Shown: one piece after another, positions 11,653 through 23,175 of the stretch
How the letters are laid out: each line of letters starts with the position of its first letter
Position numbering within the stretch: the stretch's first letter is position 1
From: Lama guanicoe
Lineage: Eukaryota
NCBI GenBank assembly: GCA_013239625.1
Contig: MU053482.1
Span: forward strand, 4,301,922-4,345,722
Reading direction: 5' to 3'
Length of the DNA: 43,801 bases
Program-made: the position numbers and the translations under genes
Notes under the pieces: model-generated
Seen by the model: only the letters and a program-made list of their open reading frames with translations
What the model was told of the DNA's origin: nothing
Database searches by the model: none

Positions 11653-12614
11653 ACAGTTGCCTGAAATGCCACCTATAGGGATAACAAAAATGTCACTGGA
11701 AAACATCAGCAATATGGCACCAGTAACTCAGGTTTCCATGGAACAGACATAGCTGGTGAAAAGTGAGTCAGTCTCACTTCTGTGCAAGATAGTGCTTTTG
11801 AGAAAAAAAAAATTAATATAAAAATAAGCCTTTTCACTAGCTCCAGCTCCATCCCACTGTTAAGTATTACTGCAATTTGCATGGGGAAGTTGCACCATGC
11901 AAATGCAGACCATACCACCAACTTGCATGATACCAGGAGCCAGCAGCTTGAACTTGGCAGAACAGTCAACTGACATTCTAAGGGGAGTAAAGCAGAACTG
12001 TTTGCAGGGAGCAAATACTTTATGACGTGCCAATGTCATCTACTGTTGTCTTTAGCGAATATTAGTGACTAACACTATCCAGTTATGAGTGACAGAAAAA
12101 TCTGCAGTAAACTACAGTCCCAAATAAGCTTCAATGTTATATTCGGTGCATGTTATAGCCTAAAGAACAGAAAGAAAAGGGTGTACAGATTTTATTACTA
12201 GAAAATCCATTTCTCCCTGGTCCCAACAAATACATGTTGAACAAATACTCCAAGAATATTAGACAGATCTGCCACACCATTAGCCTGCCCAGGGGGCCAA
12301 CAGGTCTCAGAGAGGCCCTGCTGCCCAATCTGGTGTCTTTCCCTGATAATCTCAGGATGCTCCCACTGGCTGGCCCTTGGAGACTGTCTGGTCTTGCTGG
12401 TCTCATGCTTTTTCAAGGAGCCCAAGATGTCACAGAGGTGCCTCCAGGTCCCTGCAAACAAGAGAGCCTCTGAGCCTCACTCCTCTCTAACCAGAAAGAT
12501 TGTCATCTTACCTATTTTATTTTTTGGAACTCTGTATCAGATTTCATTTGGAAAAGAGTTACGTTGCCTTTTTAAAATGCAGTAACTGTTTATCTAACCT
12601 GGTACCTCCATTGT

Positions 12615-12870
12615 TAATAGCATGGACTATTTAACCAGAGAGCTTGGGCTCAACTCTTATCTTTGCCACTTAACTAGCTGTGTGACTTTGGGGAAATTAC
12701 TTAACTGCCCCATGCCTCGATTTCCTCATCTGAAAAATGGAGATAATAACAGCATCTACCTTACAGGGTTGCTATGAGGATTAAATGAGCTAGTGCTTAC
12801 AAGACGCACAGAATAATGTATGACGTGTTCTAACCACTTAGTAACTGTTAGCTGCCATTGTTATTGTTTT
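12615..12870 (+). mobile_element. MIR SINE, near full length
   Basis: GCCACTTAACTAGCTGTGTGACTTTGGGGAAATTACTTAAC...TTTCCTCATCTGAAAAATGGAGATAATAAC...GAGGATTAAATGAG. Confidence 0.9.
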
Positions 12871-13539
12871 GCATGCTCACTATGCAGAAGGGGAGTCTAG
12901 GACCCAGAGAAGCAAGGCAATGCATCCAAGTTGCCCAGATTAGAGCCCCAGTCCCTTGACTCCCAGGGCAAGCTGATCCACGTGGTCTGGTCCAATTACC
13001 ACCCAACTTCCAAGAAGATGCACCAAGGTTCCCGGTGATCATCATTGTTCGTTCTCGTGCATTCACTGAGTTCAATACTTCCCAGCTTGAAGTGGGAGCT
13101 GATTATTTGCCAAACTCAATTAAAGAATGAATTCAGCTGTGAGTGTTTTTGAGCTACTTGAAATGTCCCCGAAGTCCCCAAAGGGCCTGGATGATTGAAG
13201 ATGAAGGCAGCAGAGGCAGGGCTGGGTGGATGTGAATTTCCACCACCCTGCCCTGGTCAGTGCCAGCCAGCGCCACTCCCCCGCCACCCCTCGTTAGACA
13301 AGCTCCCCATGCAGGCACCCTCACTTGGCCACAAAGTGTTTGGAAAACACCATATTCCCTGGAGTTTAAGATGCCCATTTATTTTTTACATTTCATGTTT
13401 CTGAAATGGTGATGACTCTTATAATCAGTGTGTACCTTTTAATGTGGTAGTGTTTCCTCTGGTTCCTCTGAAAAACTATTATTAAATCAATGATCTGTCT
13501 TACAATTAGTGGCATGCTAAAATAGAGAAAAGACCATAC

Positions 13540-13573
13540 CTTGTAACAGACGCAGTGGGACCCTTGATTTTGT
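13540..13573 (-). CDS. Putative 34-nt internal exon of the minus-strand gene (ACAAAATCAAGGGTCCCACTGCGTCTGTTACAAG)
   Basis: Acceptor attctttcctcccttgtcttttcccag| and donor AAG|gtatgg; open in all three frames (TKSRVPLRLLQ / xKIKGPTASVT / xQNQGSHCVCYK); repeat-free flanks. Confidence 0.55.
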
Positions 13574-14124
13574 CTGGGAAAAGACAAGGGAGGAAAGAAT
13601 GCCTAAGTCCTACTGTTAAGTGCTTGCAAATGCCCCAGCAAGTGTGCTTCAGTGAGGCTGGGCGCTGGAAGGAGACAGCCCTGTCCTGGTGGGTGGAGCC
13701 TGGGTGTATCCCAGGCCTGAGGCAAGTAGCTGCAAGAATGGCTGTGCATCACCATTTGTCTGGAGCTGTGCAACATTTCCCACTTTCTCTGCAAACATCG
13801 GAGACCAAAGTCCAGCCCAAGCTCAGAGTTTCCTGGCCTGGAGCCCCAGCAGCTGAGAAGCTGCTGAATTTACGCAGCTTCCCCAGCAGGAAGGCAAGGG
13901 GAGGTGGAGGAAAGTGGCAACGGTTCCCACCACTCCTCTGTAGCCAAGAAGGTGGACAGTTTGGCTCAAGGAGATGTACTTCATGGAGGAAATAATACAG
14001 CATCTGCACTGTTGTAGGAGGAGTTCCTGGAGCCCCCACTTGCCATCCGCCTGATCAAGGACAGCGCCAGTTCTCCCCTCTGTGTCTGCAGTGTCCCCCC
14101 TATCCTACCAGAATGGCCATGAGG

Positions 14125-14320
14125 CACGGTGATTAAAGCCACAGCCTGCCTGGGCTTGAACCCTGGCTCTACCACTTACTAAACTATGGCTTTGTGCCTC
14201 TGCCGCCTCCTCATCTGGAAAATGGAGGTGATAAGAGCATCTCCCTCACAGGCTGTTAGGAGGAGTTAACATATATAAAGTGCCAGGGATGCGGCCTGGC
14301 ACCTAGCAAGTTCTATGTAC
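14125..14320 (+). mobile_element. MIR SINE
   Basis: GGGCTTGAACCCTGGCTCTACCACTTACTA...CCTCATCTGGAAAATGGAGGTGATAA...GCCTGGCACCTAGCAAG. Confidence 0.85.
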
Positions 14321-14334
14321 GCACGCTTTTAGAG

Positions 14335-14650
14335 ATTTGCTGTTTGCCTGGTAAACTCCCATTCACCCTTCAAAAATTCAACCCAATAATCACCTTCGAG
14401 GAAACTTCCCTGACTACCCCTCCCCCACTTTCCTTTTTGCTGCCTCTGTTCTTGGGACATTTATGGGTGAGGTGACTTTGCCGAGGGAAGGGGGGCAGCA
14501 GGTCTCTCCATCTATCATGCACGTCACACTCTGTCTGCTTATTTCCCTTGTTGGGGAGGGGGCTTCATAAAGGCAGAGGCTGTGTCTTGATCATCTCTGC
14601 ACCCCCATACTTAGAACAGGACTTGGAACCAAGTACAACTCATGACTGTG
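14335..14650 (-). mobile_element. L2 LINE 3' fragment
   Basis: AACTCCCATTCACCCTTCAA...CTTCCCTGACTACCC...GGCAGAGGCTGTGTCTT...ATCTCTGCACCCC..ACTTAGAACAG. Confidence 0.65.
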
Positions 14651-15689
14651 CAAAGCATGGAGAGTGATGGCATGGGATGGGATGGGATGGGAGAGGACGG
14701 AATGTAACAGAACACAATAGTTGTGACAAGATCTTTTCAGCCATGACAGAGACACCTGCTCGAGGCAGATTCAGGAAGAAAAATAACCTTAATCTGGAAG
14801 GCAATCCACCAATTGGTGCCAATGTCTTCAAAGGCCTGAAACAAGCAAGTCTCCCTGGGGACATCAGATCAAGTAAAGTCCTCTGAGTCCCACCCATAGG
14901 AGAAATTTTCTTCAGAGCCAGCAGGGAGCTCAGCGGGAAAGGGCTCTGGCCCACCACCCAGCTCCTGACCCTCCCTCAGGTTGCAAGCTCCATGTTAGGT
15001 GTGGTGGCCCAGGAAACAGAGGCCAGCTCACCACTCGGGGCACTGACCCCAGTCAAGCAGGTGTTGGCCGCTCTGCTTACCTGCCCTCCAGGCAAAGCTG
15101 ATGGGGACCATTGTCTTGGGCCCTCAGACCTGATCAGGTCTCCAGGGAGCAGAGCTACTGAAACTTCCGCCAGGCCTTTCTTGGACAACACTTCATTGGC
15201 ATAACTCTGCCACTGGGGAGCTGACAAAGTTTACATCTCGGCTGCCTAAGGGTCCTGTCCTGCAGAGGCCCCTTGGTTGACACTTCTGCCATGGGAAGTT
15301 CATTTTATTTAACCTCTCTTTCCGTTATGGCATTTTAATGAAAAAGTCACTTAAGACCTGCAGTGAAAAATAGATTTTACTAGAACAATGCATAACCCAA
15401 ATACCATTTGCCTTTTTCTTATCAATTCGTGGTTCATTCATCATCTTTATTAAAAATCCATGAAGAAACAGCAGCCTTGAAACTGCTGGGTGCCTTTCTC
15501 CAGGAGGTGAAGCAGGAAGGGAAGGAAAAGGCAGGCGATCTGGACTCCTTGTGGGCATAACCCCTTCTCTTCATAGCAGCCCTGGACAGGGCCTTTCTCA
15601 CCCTCCACTGGAGACCCCATCCACGCAACTCCATATCTGGGACCACAAATCAACACTTCTCCTGCAAACAAAGCTCCGTGTCATAGAGG

Positions 15690-15910
15690 CACGAAGCGTA
15701 CAGTTCTGGGTTCAAGTCCCTGCACTGCCACTTATAAGTCAGTTGACTTGGGGCAAGTCACACAAGCTTCCTGACATTCAGTTTTCCAGTCTGCAAAATG
15801 TGTACAGCAACACCTACTCCACAGGATCGGGGTAAGGATTAAATGAGAAAGCAGATCTAAAAACCCCTAGCAGAATCAGGCAAAAGACAGATGTCCAGTA
15901 AAGTTGGTTC
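15690..15910 (+). mobile_element. MIR SINE
   Basis: CTGGGTTCAAGTCCC...CTGCCACTTA...TTGGGGCAAGTCAC...CAGTTTTCC..TCTGCAAAATG...AGGATTAAATGAGA. Confidence 0.85.
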
Positions 15911-16474
15911 CTTCATTAACCCATCCTCAACATTCACAGCCTCCTGAGGGAACACTTTCTGGTCCAGCTTGGCCATGGGGTTGGGGAGGTGATTAACATT
16001 ACTGCAGAACCATGCCCAAGGGTCTTCCCCAAAACCTGCTCGGGGTCACGGGTATGGTTTCTCCAGGGAAACAAGGTGCTGCCTCCAAAAGTCTCGGGCT
16101 CCCAAGCATCAAAGGGGTGAGTAGCTGCTGGGCAGAGCCAGCAAGGGGGAGCTGTCTATGTGGAGAGGGGAGGGAGGGAGGGCAGAACAGGAGAGGGGGA
16201 TGGGTAACAACAATGGTCACTACCCACCACCACATTTCACCTCACCACAGATCTTCAGGGAGGGGAGGTATTATTACTCTCTCTATGTCCTGATGACCAA
16301 GCCACAGCTCGCAGGGGTGGAGGGACCTGCCACAGTCACACGGTGATTACGTGCAGGGCTGGGCACTGGGCAGGCCAACTGAGCACCCCCATAGACCACA
16401 CTCTTAACTCCTTCTCTTTAATAAAGGTCTTCTAGGAGGCAGGCTGGGGGCTTCAGGAGTGGTCCAGGAAACAG

Positions 16475-16501
16475 CCACCACCACCACCACCACCACCACC
16501 A
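16475..16501. repeat. (CCA)n microsatellite
   Basis: About 9 tandem CCA units. Confidence 0.9.
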
Positions 16502-17439
16502 TCCCCCTCAAGCTGGCCTCTGTCCCCATCAACCCCGGGGCACACAGCATGATTCCAAAGCTCTGTGGAGGACCCCACATGGACTTCTGCAAATAGCAAA
16601 CTAAGTCAGTAGATAAGCAAATGATGTATTATTGACTATGAAATTCCATGGGGAAAAGGAATCGATCACGTATTAAGTTCATCCAAATATTAAGTGGCGG
16701 TGCACCTTTAATCCCCATTTTAATGTTGGGCACCTTGAGGCTGAAGGAGACTATTTAATCTAGGTCACGTGGAGGGAAGTGGCAAAACACACTTGGACTT
16801 GGGTCTGCCTAGCTTGGGGCCCAGGCCCACCCTCCGCACCACCCTGCCTGAGGCTTCGTTTGGTCCCTGGAGTCCTCAGGTTCACAGATGGAGACACAGG
16901 AACTGCCTTGTGGCCTCTGCATGCTGTTCTCCCCCGGCTTTCTACAATTTGCCATCTTTTCCCGACATTTTCTGCTCAGTCTCCCCTCTGTAAACAAGAA
17001 CCCCTCAGCCCAGCAGCTGCCTCCTGGACCCCCGTCCCACCCGGCAGGGGTGCCCTCTGGAGCTCCCCAGTTCTCAGGGGAAGGTCTAAATCAGTCCTCC
17101 TGGAGGGAGCATGGTTGTGGGCCCTGAGCCTCTGGGGTCTGGGGACTTGGCTTTTCCTGACTTTGCTCCCACAGTGTGAATTCAGCTCAGCCTGCAGTCT
17201 GGGCTTCCTGGAAGCTTGGTTTCAAGTCTAAATAGGGCCCTTTGGTAGAGGAACAGCCAAGAGCTGGGAAGACAGCTCTGCTGCCTTTCACTGCATAACT
17301 GGGCAGCTTCCAGCCAAGAGCCCCAATATGAAGGGCCCCAAGCAGCTTCCTACCGTGGGTCTGAACATTTGAGCTGACAAAGGATTAAAGGGCTCAGACT
17401 CACGACACAGGGTCTTATACGTGCAGACAGCCAGCTAGG

Positions 17440-17600
17440 CACAGCCATATGTACTATCTCATTGGACTATCACTGCATCCCCATTTCACACGTGAGGAAA
17501 CTAAGGTTCAGAATATTCACAAAGCCTGTGGTTGGGGGTGAGGGTCACATAGCTAGCAAGTAAGATTCAACCCCAGGCTCTGAGGCCAAGTCTAACACTC
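17440..17600 (-). mobile_element. MIR SINE fragment
   Basis: CCCCATTTCACACGTGAGGAAACTAAGG...GGTCACATAGCTAG...GATTCAACCCCAGG. Confidence 0.75.
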
Positions 17601-17813
17601 TCTCCCCACAGCCTTGCCTCCCCAACACCACACTTTTGTGGAAACTATTCTGAGAAATCAAAGCAACTCTTTTCTATCCAGAACTATAAATATCCAGAGA
17701 CAGGGAGATGAGATGAGAAAACAGACATCGTTTCCCAGGATTTGGGAGCAAATTCTTGCAAAGCTCCCAAAAGCATTTTGAGTTCTGAAAGCAAGAAACT
17801 GCCAGTGCAGACC

Positions 17814-18016
17814 AAAAAAAAAAAAAAAAAANNNNNNNNNNNNNNNNNNNNNNNNNNNNNNNNNNNNNNNNNNNNNNNNNNNNNNNNNNNNNNNNNNNNN
17901 NNNNNNNNNNNNNNNNNNNNNNNNNNNNNNNNNNNNNNNNNNNNNNNNNNNNNNNNNNNNNNNAAAAAAAAAAAAAAGAAGAAGAAGAATGAAAGGAAGG
18001 AAGAAAAAAAAAAAAA
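17814..18016. other. Assembly gap (132 N, 17832-17963) inside a poly(A)/(GAA)n tract
   Basis: Directly visible N run flanked by A runs on both sides. Confidence 0.98.
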
Positions 18017-18149
18017 GCAGAAGGCAGAACGTAAAAGGCTATGCTGATCTGATACTGAAAGCATCGTGGCTGTACCAACACCCAAAAACCAGCAAAGATC
18101 TGCTGGATGCTGACTGTGAGCAGGGCACAGGAAAGGTGGGTTGGCTTGT

Positions 18150-18312
18150 TTAAATCTTGCAACAGCCCCATGAGTTAGGAACTAAGATGAACTCCATTTT
18201 ACAGTCAGAGAAACTTAGGAATGCAGAGATGAAGTAACTTGCTCAAGGTCACAGAGCTCATAAACTTTAACCCCAGAGCGTATGGCCCCAAAGCCCAGAT
18301 TTATAACCACTG
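18150..18312 (-). mobile_element. MIR SINE fragment
   Basis: CAACAGCCCCATGAG...CCATTTTACAG...GAAGTAACTTGCTCAAGGTCACAGAGCT. Confidence 0.85.
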
Positions 18313-18842
18313 TGTAGACTGCCTCCAGCTGAATGGCCCAGCTTAAGACACAGCACACCTGACTCTGCCTGGACCCCATTCTAGATCCTAACAGGGCAGG
18401 CATATTCCTGGGAGTCTACGCTCTGCTGTGAACTCCAGCTGGGAACCCGAATCCAGCCCTGCATTCCCAAATCCCCAGAAGGATGGCAGGCAAGCACTCA
18501 GAGGACTGGAACTAGAATAAATATATCACAGCTCCACCACTTCGGTCCCTGGGGACTTCTCTTTCTCATCTCCCTTTTTGCCTTCTCCATGGCCCCATGT
18601 ATTTCCTCTGCCCTGTGGGAAGGTTGGAAGATTTATTTGTCTCAGAGGCAAACTGAAAACTGTCCCAGCTCATAAGAGTGGCAGGGTAGGCAGTGTCCAG
18701 AACAAATTGGTCACTAATCAAGTTGTTTGGAACGTAATGTCAATGTTCCTACGAAAACTCTGCTAACCCAAGAAGTCTCCAGCCAGCCAACGCACACAGG
18801 ACATTTACTCAGAATGTACTCGGCCAACATTTACTCTAGTCT

Positions 18843-19031
18843 CCATCATCCGACACAGTATGCACTAGCCACATGTGGCTATTTAAATTTAAATATATTA
18901 ACTAAAATTAAGTAAGTCACCCTAGCCACATTTCAAGTATTCAAAAGTGGCAGGTGGCTATTGGATACCATACTGAACAGAGCAGATCTAGAACATTTCC
19001 AACCTCACAGAAAGTTCTACTGGACAGCCTG
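18843..19031 (-). mobile_element. MER3/MER33-type hAT-Charlie MITE
   Basis: CACTAGCCACATGTGGCTATTTAAATTTAAA...CTAGCCACATTTCAAGT...CACAGAAAGTTCTACTGGACAG, TCTAG-containing flanks. Confidence 0.85.
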
Positions 19032-19149
19032 ATCTAGACTCTAGCCCAAAATTTCCTAAGAAAATAAATTCCTTCAGAGGTTAAACTTGGGGTGTCAGGA
19101 CCATACCACCCTTCCTAAAAGAAATCATGGTAACTGGCAGGGGGTGGAG

Positions 19150-19310
19150 TAGGGGGCTTTGGAATCACATAGCTCCCAACTGTTCCAGCTCTGACACTTT
19201 CTAACCATGTCATTAGCTTCTCTGTGCCTCAGTTTCCTCATCTGGAGCATGGGGATAAAGCCCACTGCCCAGGTATCCAGGAGGATCAAGTGAGATGCTC
19301 AGCACACTCA
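19150..19310 (+). mobile_element. MIR SINE fragment
   Basis: GGCTTTGGAATCA...CTCTGTGCCTCAGTTTCCTCATCTG...GAGGATCAAGTGAGAT. Confidence 0.8.
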
Positions 19311-19667
19311 GTGCTCCCTCTGTTCACTCCTAATCCTATCAGCCATACAGCAGGGGCTGGGAACCTCAACTCTAAGCCATCACCAGTGACTGCCGCAGTC
19401 TAGGCCAGAGGTGGTGAAGCGCTGAAATGGGACTCCTGGCTGCAGAAGCTGGTGGCCTCAGTGATCTGCCCTGCTCTCCTCTCTCCTTTTCTCATCATTT
19501 CAGTCCATTCATGAGAATGATCTAAAGCCACTTTGAAATCAGCAACCATGAGGGTAAGTACTCTGATCACAGGCACCGGGAGGGGAAGGGCAGGAGGAGG
19601 AAAGACCTAGAAATCCCTCAAGGTGGCCCTGGGGATAAGAGAGAAGCCCTTGAGCCATGGAAGGATC

Positions 19668-20130
19668 TATTCATTCATTCAATAAGCATTATTGAGCATG
19701 TTAGGTCTTTATACTAGGCACTGAGGAGACACAGATGAATAAGACATGGTCCCTGTCCTCAGGGCCCCACAAATTAGTAGGTAAAACAACAGAAAATGAA
19801 TCAATGCACTAGTGTGGTAGGTGCCGTGATCATGGGAAATCCAGTGGGTCCTGGGAGCTTAGACAACCAGATGGTGAGTGAAGGGATCTTGGGAATGGGA
19901 AATGAGAGAGGTCTGAGAGGCTTCCAAGAGGTGGCACTTGCACTAAATTTTCAAAGACAGAGTGTGGAGAGGTGCCCCAGGCAGAGGAAACTGCAGGAAT
20001 GAAGATCTATGGGGCATGAACCTCATGTCACTACCTCAAGCAGTTCCGTGGAGTCAGGGGCTTATACAGGGAGTGATGGGAGATGAGGATGGAGGGGGCA
20101 GGTCATGAAGTCTTGGGGCATCAGGCTGTG
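19668..20130 (+). mobile_element. L2 LINE fragment, read from its 3' terminus (opposite orientation to copies marked '-')
   Basis: ATTCATTCATTCAATAAGCATTATTGAGCA...GATGAATAAGACATGGTCCCTGTCCTCA...CAGGCAGAGGAAAC. Confidence 0.8.
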
Positions 20131-20339
20131 GTTCTGCCCACATACTTTCTCACTCTGCGACATGCCCTTTTTCCTGTGGCTGAGAAAGAAGAGCAAGAGA
20201 TGAGCCAAGTTGCACAGTCACATTACAAACTTCTGCTCTGAGCTGGCATCCTCTGTGTCTGCTTACATTCCAGCAGGGAGCCTGTTATCACATGTAAAGA
20301 AGGTTCATAAGTGAGGGATCATTTATACATTTTTTTAAT

Positions 20340-20945
20340 TAAAAATGTGTACAAAGGATGTGCCTTGATTGGATCCTGGATGATACAAATGCTAATAATG
20401 CACAGGTCAGCACCCTTTTTCTTGAAGGGTCAGATGGTGACATTCTTCAGACTTTGTGACACATGCAGTCTTTGTCACAACTACTCAATTCCACAGCCGT
20501 AGCACAAAAACAGCCATAAACAACACGTAAACGACCGAGTGTGTCTGTGTTCCAAGAAAACCTTCATTTATGAAAACAGGCAGCGAGCGAGATCTGGGCC
20601 CTACAGCTGACCCCTGCTATAAAGAACATCCGTGTGCCCAGCAGGGAAATATGAATAAGGATGGTAGATAATGGTATCATATTGACGTTAATTTCCCTGA
20701 GTGTGATAAGTATATTGTGTTTCTGCAGGAGAATGTCTTTGTTCTTAGAAGATACACAGTGCATGAAGCCTATAACTAATTTGCAAGTGGATCAGGGAGA
20801 TAAGTATGTGTAGAAAGAGAGACAAGGCAAACTTGGCAAAATGGTAAAAACGGGAAAGCCAGGTAAAGGGTACCTGGATGCTCCCTGTACCGGACTTGCA
20901 ACTTCTTTATAAGTTTGACATCTTTCAAAATAAAACGTTTGGAGA
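20340..20945 (+). mobile_element. Ancient L1M (L1MC/L1ME-type) 3' end, interrupted by MER58A
   Basis: CCTTGATTGGATCCTGGA...GGAGAATGTCTTTGTTCTTAG...GGCAAAATGGTAA...CTTGCAACTTCTTT.TAAGTTTGA...TTCAAAATAAAA. Confidence 0.75.
20401..20616 (+). mobile_element. MER58A hAT-Charlie MITE nested in L1M
   Basis: GGTCAGCA...AAGGGTCAGATGGT...TGTCACAACTACTCAA...CAGCCATAAACAACACGTAAAC...TGTGTTCCAA...GCTGACCCCTG. Confidence 0.85.
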
Positions 20946-22089
20946 AAAACTAGAAACTTGAGCAGCTTCAAAGGAACCAAAGATCTTCATGAACAGACCA
21001 CTCTGGACTTCCCCATCCTTCGGCTCGCACGAGCTTGTCTTTCTGCAGAGTGCATGCGGTCCACTTTGGATCATGCATCTCGGGTTTTTTTAATTAGTTC
21101 TGCAACACCAGGGAAGGTCATTTGAATGCAAAAATGGGTACAGGTTTCTAGCTCCTTCTCAAGCCCGTTTTTGTCTGAATTCTTGTCTTCCTCACTCGAC
21201 AGCGTGGAGACCAGGTTGCTTTTGACACTGGGCCTCAGAGGCCGTGGAAGAAGCAGCAGCTCTGAGAGCCAGAAGCACTCCCAGGCATGGGGTTTCCTGC
21301 AGAGGACAGACTCAGGAGAAGCCACAGAGAGAAGGAGGCCTTGAGCACGCTCTGTGTGATCGCAGGCCCCCTGGACCCCACAGGTGCTTGGTGTGATGCT
21401 TTCTGCCGAGCCAACAGCTGCTCACGCTGTTAAAAACCGTTGGTAGCAGCACTTTCCCAAGTGCCCCAGATCTGGATCTCTGAAGATCCCACTGCAGAGC
21501 AATTTCCTAATTCTTGACTTATTAGTAATCAATACCATGAAAAACACTAGCCCCTCCATTAAAGTAGGCATCCACTGATTTCCATTGGGAAAGTGTTGTC
21601 TGGGGGCCCAGTATCTCAAAGAGCTTCGGGTTTGATTTTTCATCTGTCAAAGCAATATCATAAAGTACAAAATACACAATTCCTGGAAGAGGGTGAGAGG
21701 GGAGAGTAGTGGGAATGACCACTCAGGCCTCCTGCCCTCCCACTCTCCTGCCAAGCACGGCCTTGGAGCATGCCAGTCAGTGGCACTCCTTGGGCCTCCC
21801 TGGGCACCAAACCTAGCCAGCCCCAACAGGGGACGCCCATCGCTGCCTCTGCAAACCAGTTCAGGCCCATATCCTCTTCTGGGAAAGGAAGAGGAAAACC
21901 AAAGTCCCCCGCCAACGATAGATGATATCGCGTGGGAACCAGGACTCCGAGAGATTTAGCACACACTTTGTTAGTGTCTTCAGCAGCTGGGATCCAGGGA
22001 TGTTAAAGGGTCTTTCTATCTCCAAAGATTCCATCCTATGGAAATAAGCACCCCGTATATCTCCCACCACCATGCCCTCCAACACCCCT

Positions 22090-22481
22090 TGTGGTAGACT
22101 GTACTCATTTGCAATTGCTCACTACCCTTACCCTTGTCTGTAAGAGTCTCCTTCCTCTTGCCTTGTGACGTGCAAAGGCCCCGCCCACATCAGGCTCTGC
22201 CGCATGACTTGTTCTGGCCAACGGAATGTGAGCTGACAGGAAGTACACCCAGTCTGAGCAGAAGTTTTAAATGTGATGATGCAAATGTGACTAAAGAGCC
22301 TCTTGCTCTTCTCAGCCATGATAAAACGGGCACGTCGCAGAACGAGAAAGCATATGGAGCAGAACAACGGTCAATGCACAGCCCACATGCCACACAAGGA
22401 AGAAATAAACCTTTGTTTTGTAAGCCACTGAGACTGGGGGCTGTTTTTCACACAGCTAAGCTTAGAAACAACTGACTCATC
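22090..22481 (+). mobile_element. MaLR solo LTR (old MLT1 subfamily)
   Basis: Starts TGTGGTAGAC; TGACTTGTTCTGGCCAACGGAATGTGAGC; GAAATAAACCTTTGTTTTGTAAGCCACTGAGA; ends AACTGACTCATCA. Confidence 0.85.
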
Positions 22482-23039
22482 ACCCTCAAATACAGGAGTG
22501 GCAAGTAGGCCGTGAGGAGTCTGCCGGCTCTTTATACCCTTATCCTATGGCTCTTATCCGCCACCTAACAAAGCCCAGGCCTGGTTCCATCTTCACTGAG
22601 GCTCATTTTCCATCCATTTACACCTGAGGCTCCTTCAGGAGTAAGTCTTCCCAGCACCACCCTTAGCTCATGACTCATTCCTGCCAGCAACTCCAGCTGG
22701 AAGAAGGCACAGCAGATCTAATGTTTCAGCAACAGCACTGGGGACCTCAGAGTGACTAGTCCCCTTTCCCTCTCCTGCAGGGGCTCCACACCATGCGTCG
22801 ATGGACACTCACTCTTTGAGACAGGGAGTTTGATGTACAGGAGAGGGCACTGAGCTAGGAGTCCAGAGTGCTGGGCTCAGTCCAGGTGAAGTCACTGGGC
22901 CACATTACCCCCTTAAGCCATGAGTCTCCACGGGCCCAGGTGACTTGGGCAAGTCACTCCCCTGTCTGGACTCTCAGCGGCCTTCAAGCCCAGCGCTGGC
23001 TTCCTAAGATGTCTCAGCAAACATCTGAGGTGAGAAGAA

Positions 23040-23175
23040 GCCTGTGGCCAGCGGGCCCTCACCCTCGGCTTCAGCCAGACCAGCTCTGCTTTACTCTTTT
23101 GAAGGTGTTAGGTTTCCAGGTAAGATTCTGTTTGGACAGGAATTCTATGATTAAATGCATTCAAAACCACTGGCC
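23040..23175 (+). mobile_element. MER103C-like hAT-Charlie fragment (similar fragment at ~12480-12590)
   Basis: CAGCTCTGCTTT...GTAAGATTCTGTTTGGA...TTCAAAACCACTGG end motif. Confidence 0.45.

Noticed and set aside
17674..18171. ORFs spanning the N gap
   Set aside because: Artefacts of Ns and poly(A).
21071..21344. Overlapping ORFs resembling a processed pseudogene
   Set aside because: No recognisable parent protein, poly(A) tail or TSD.
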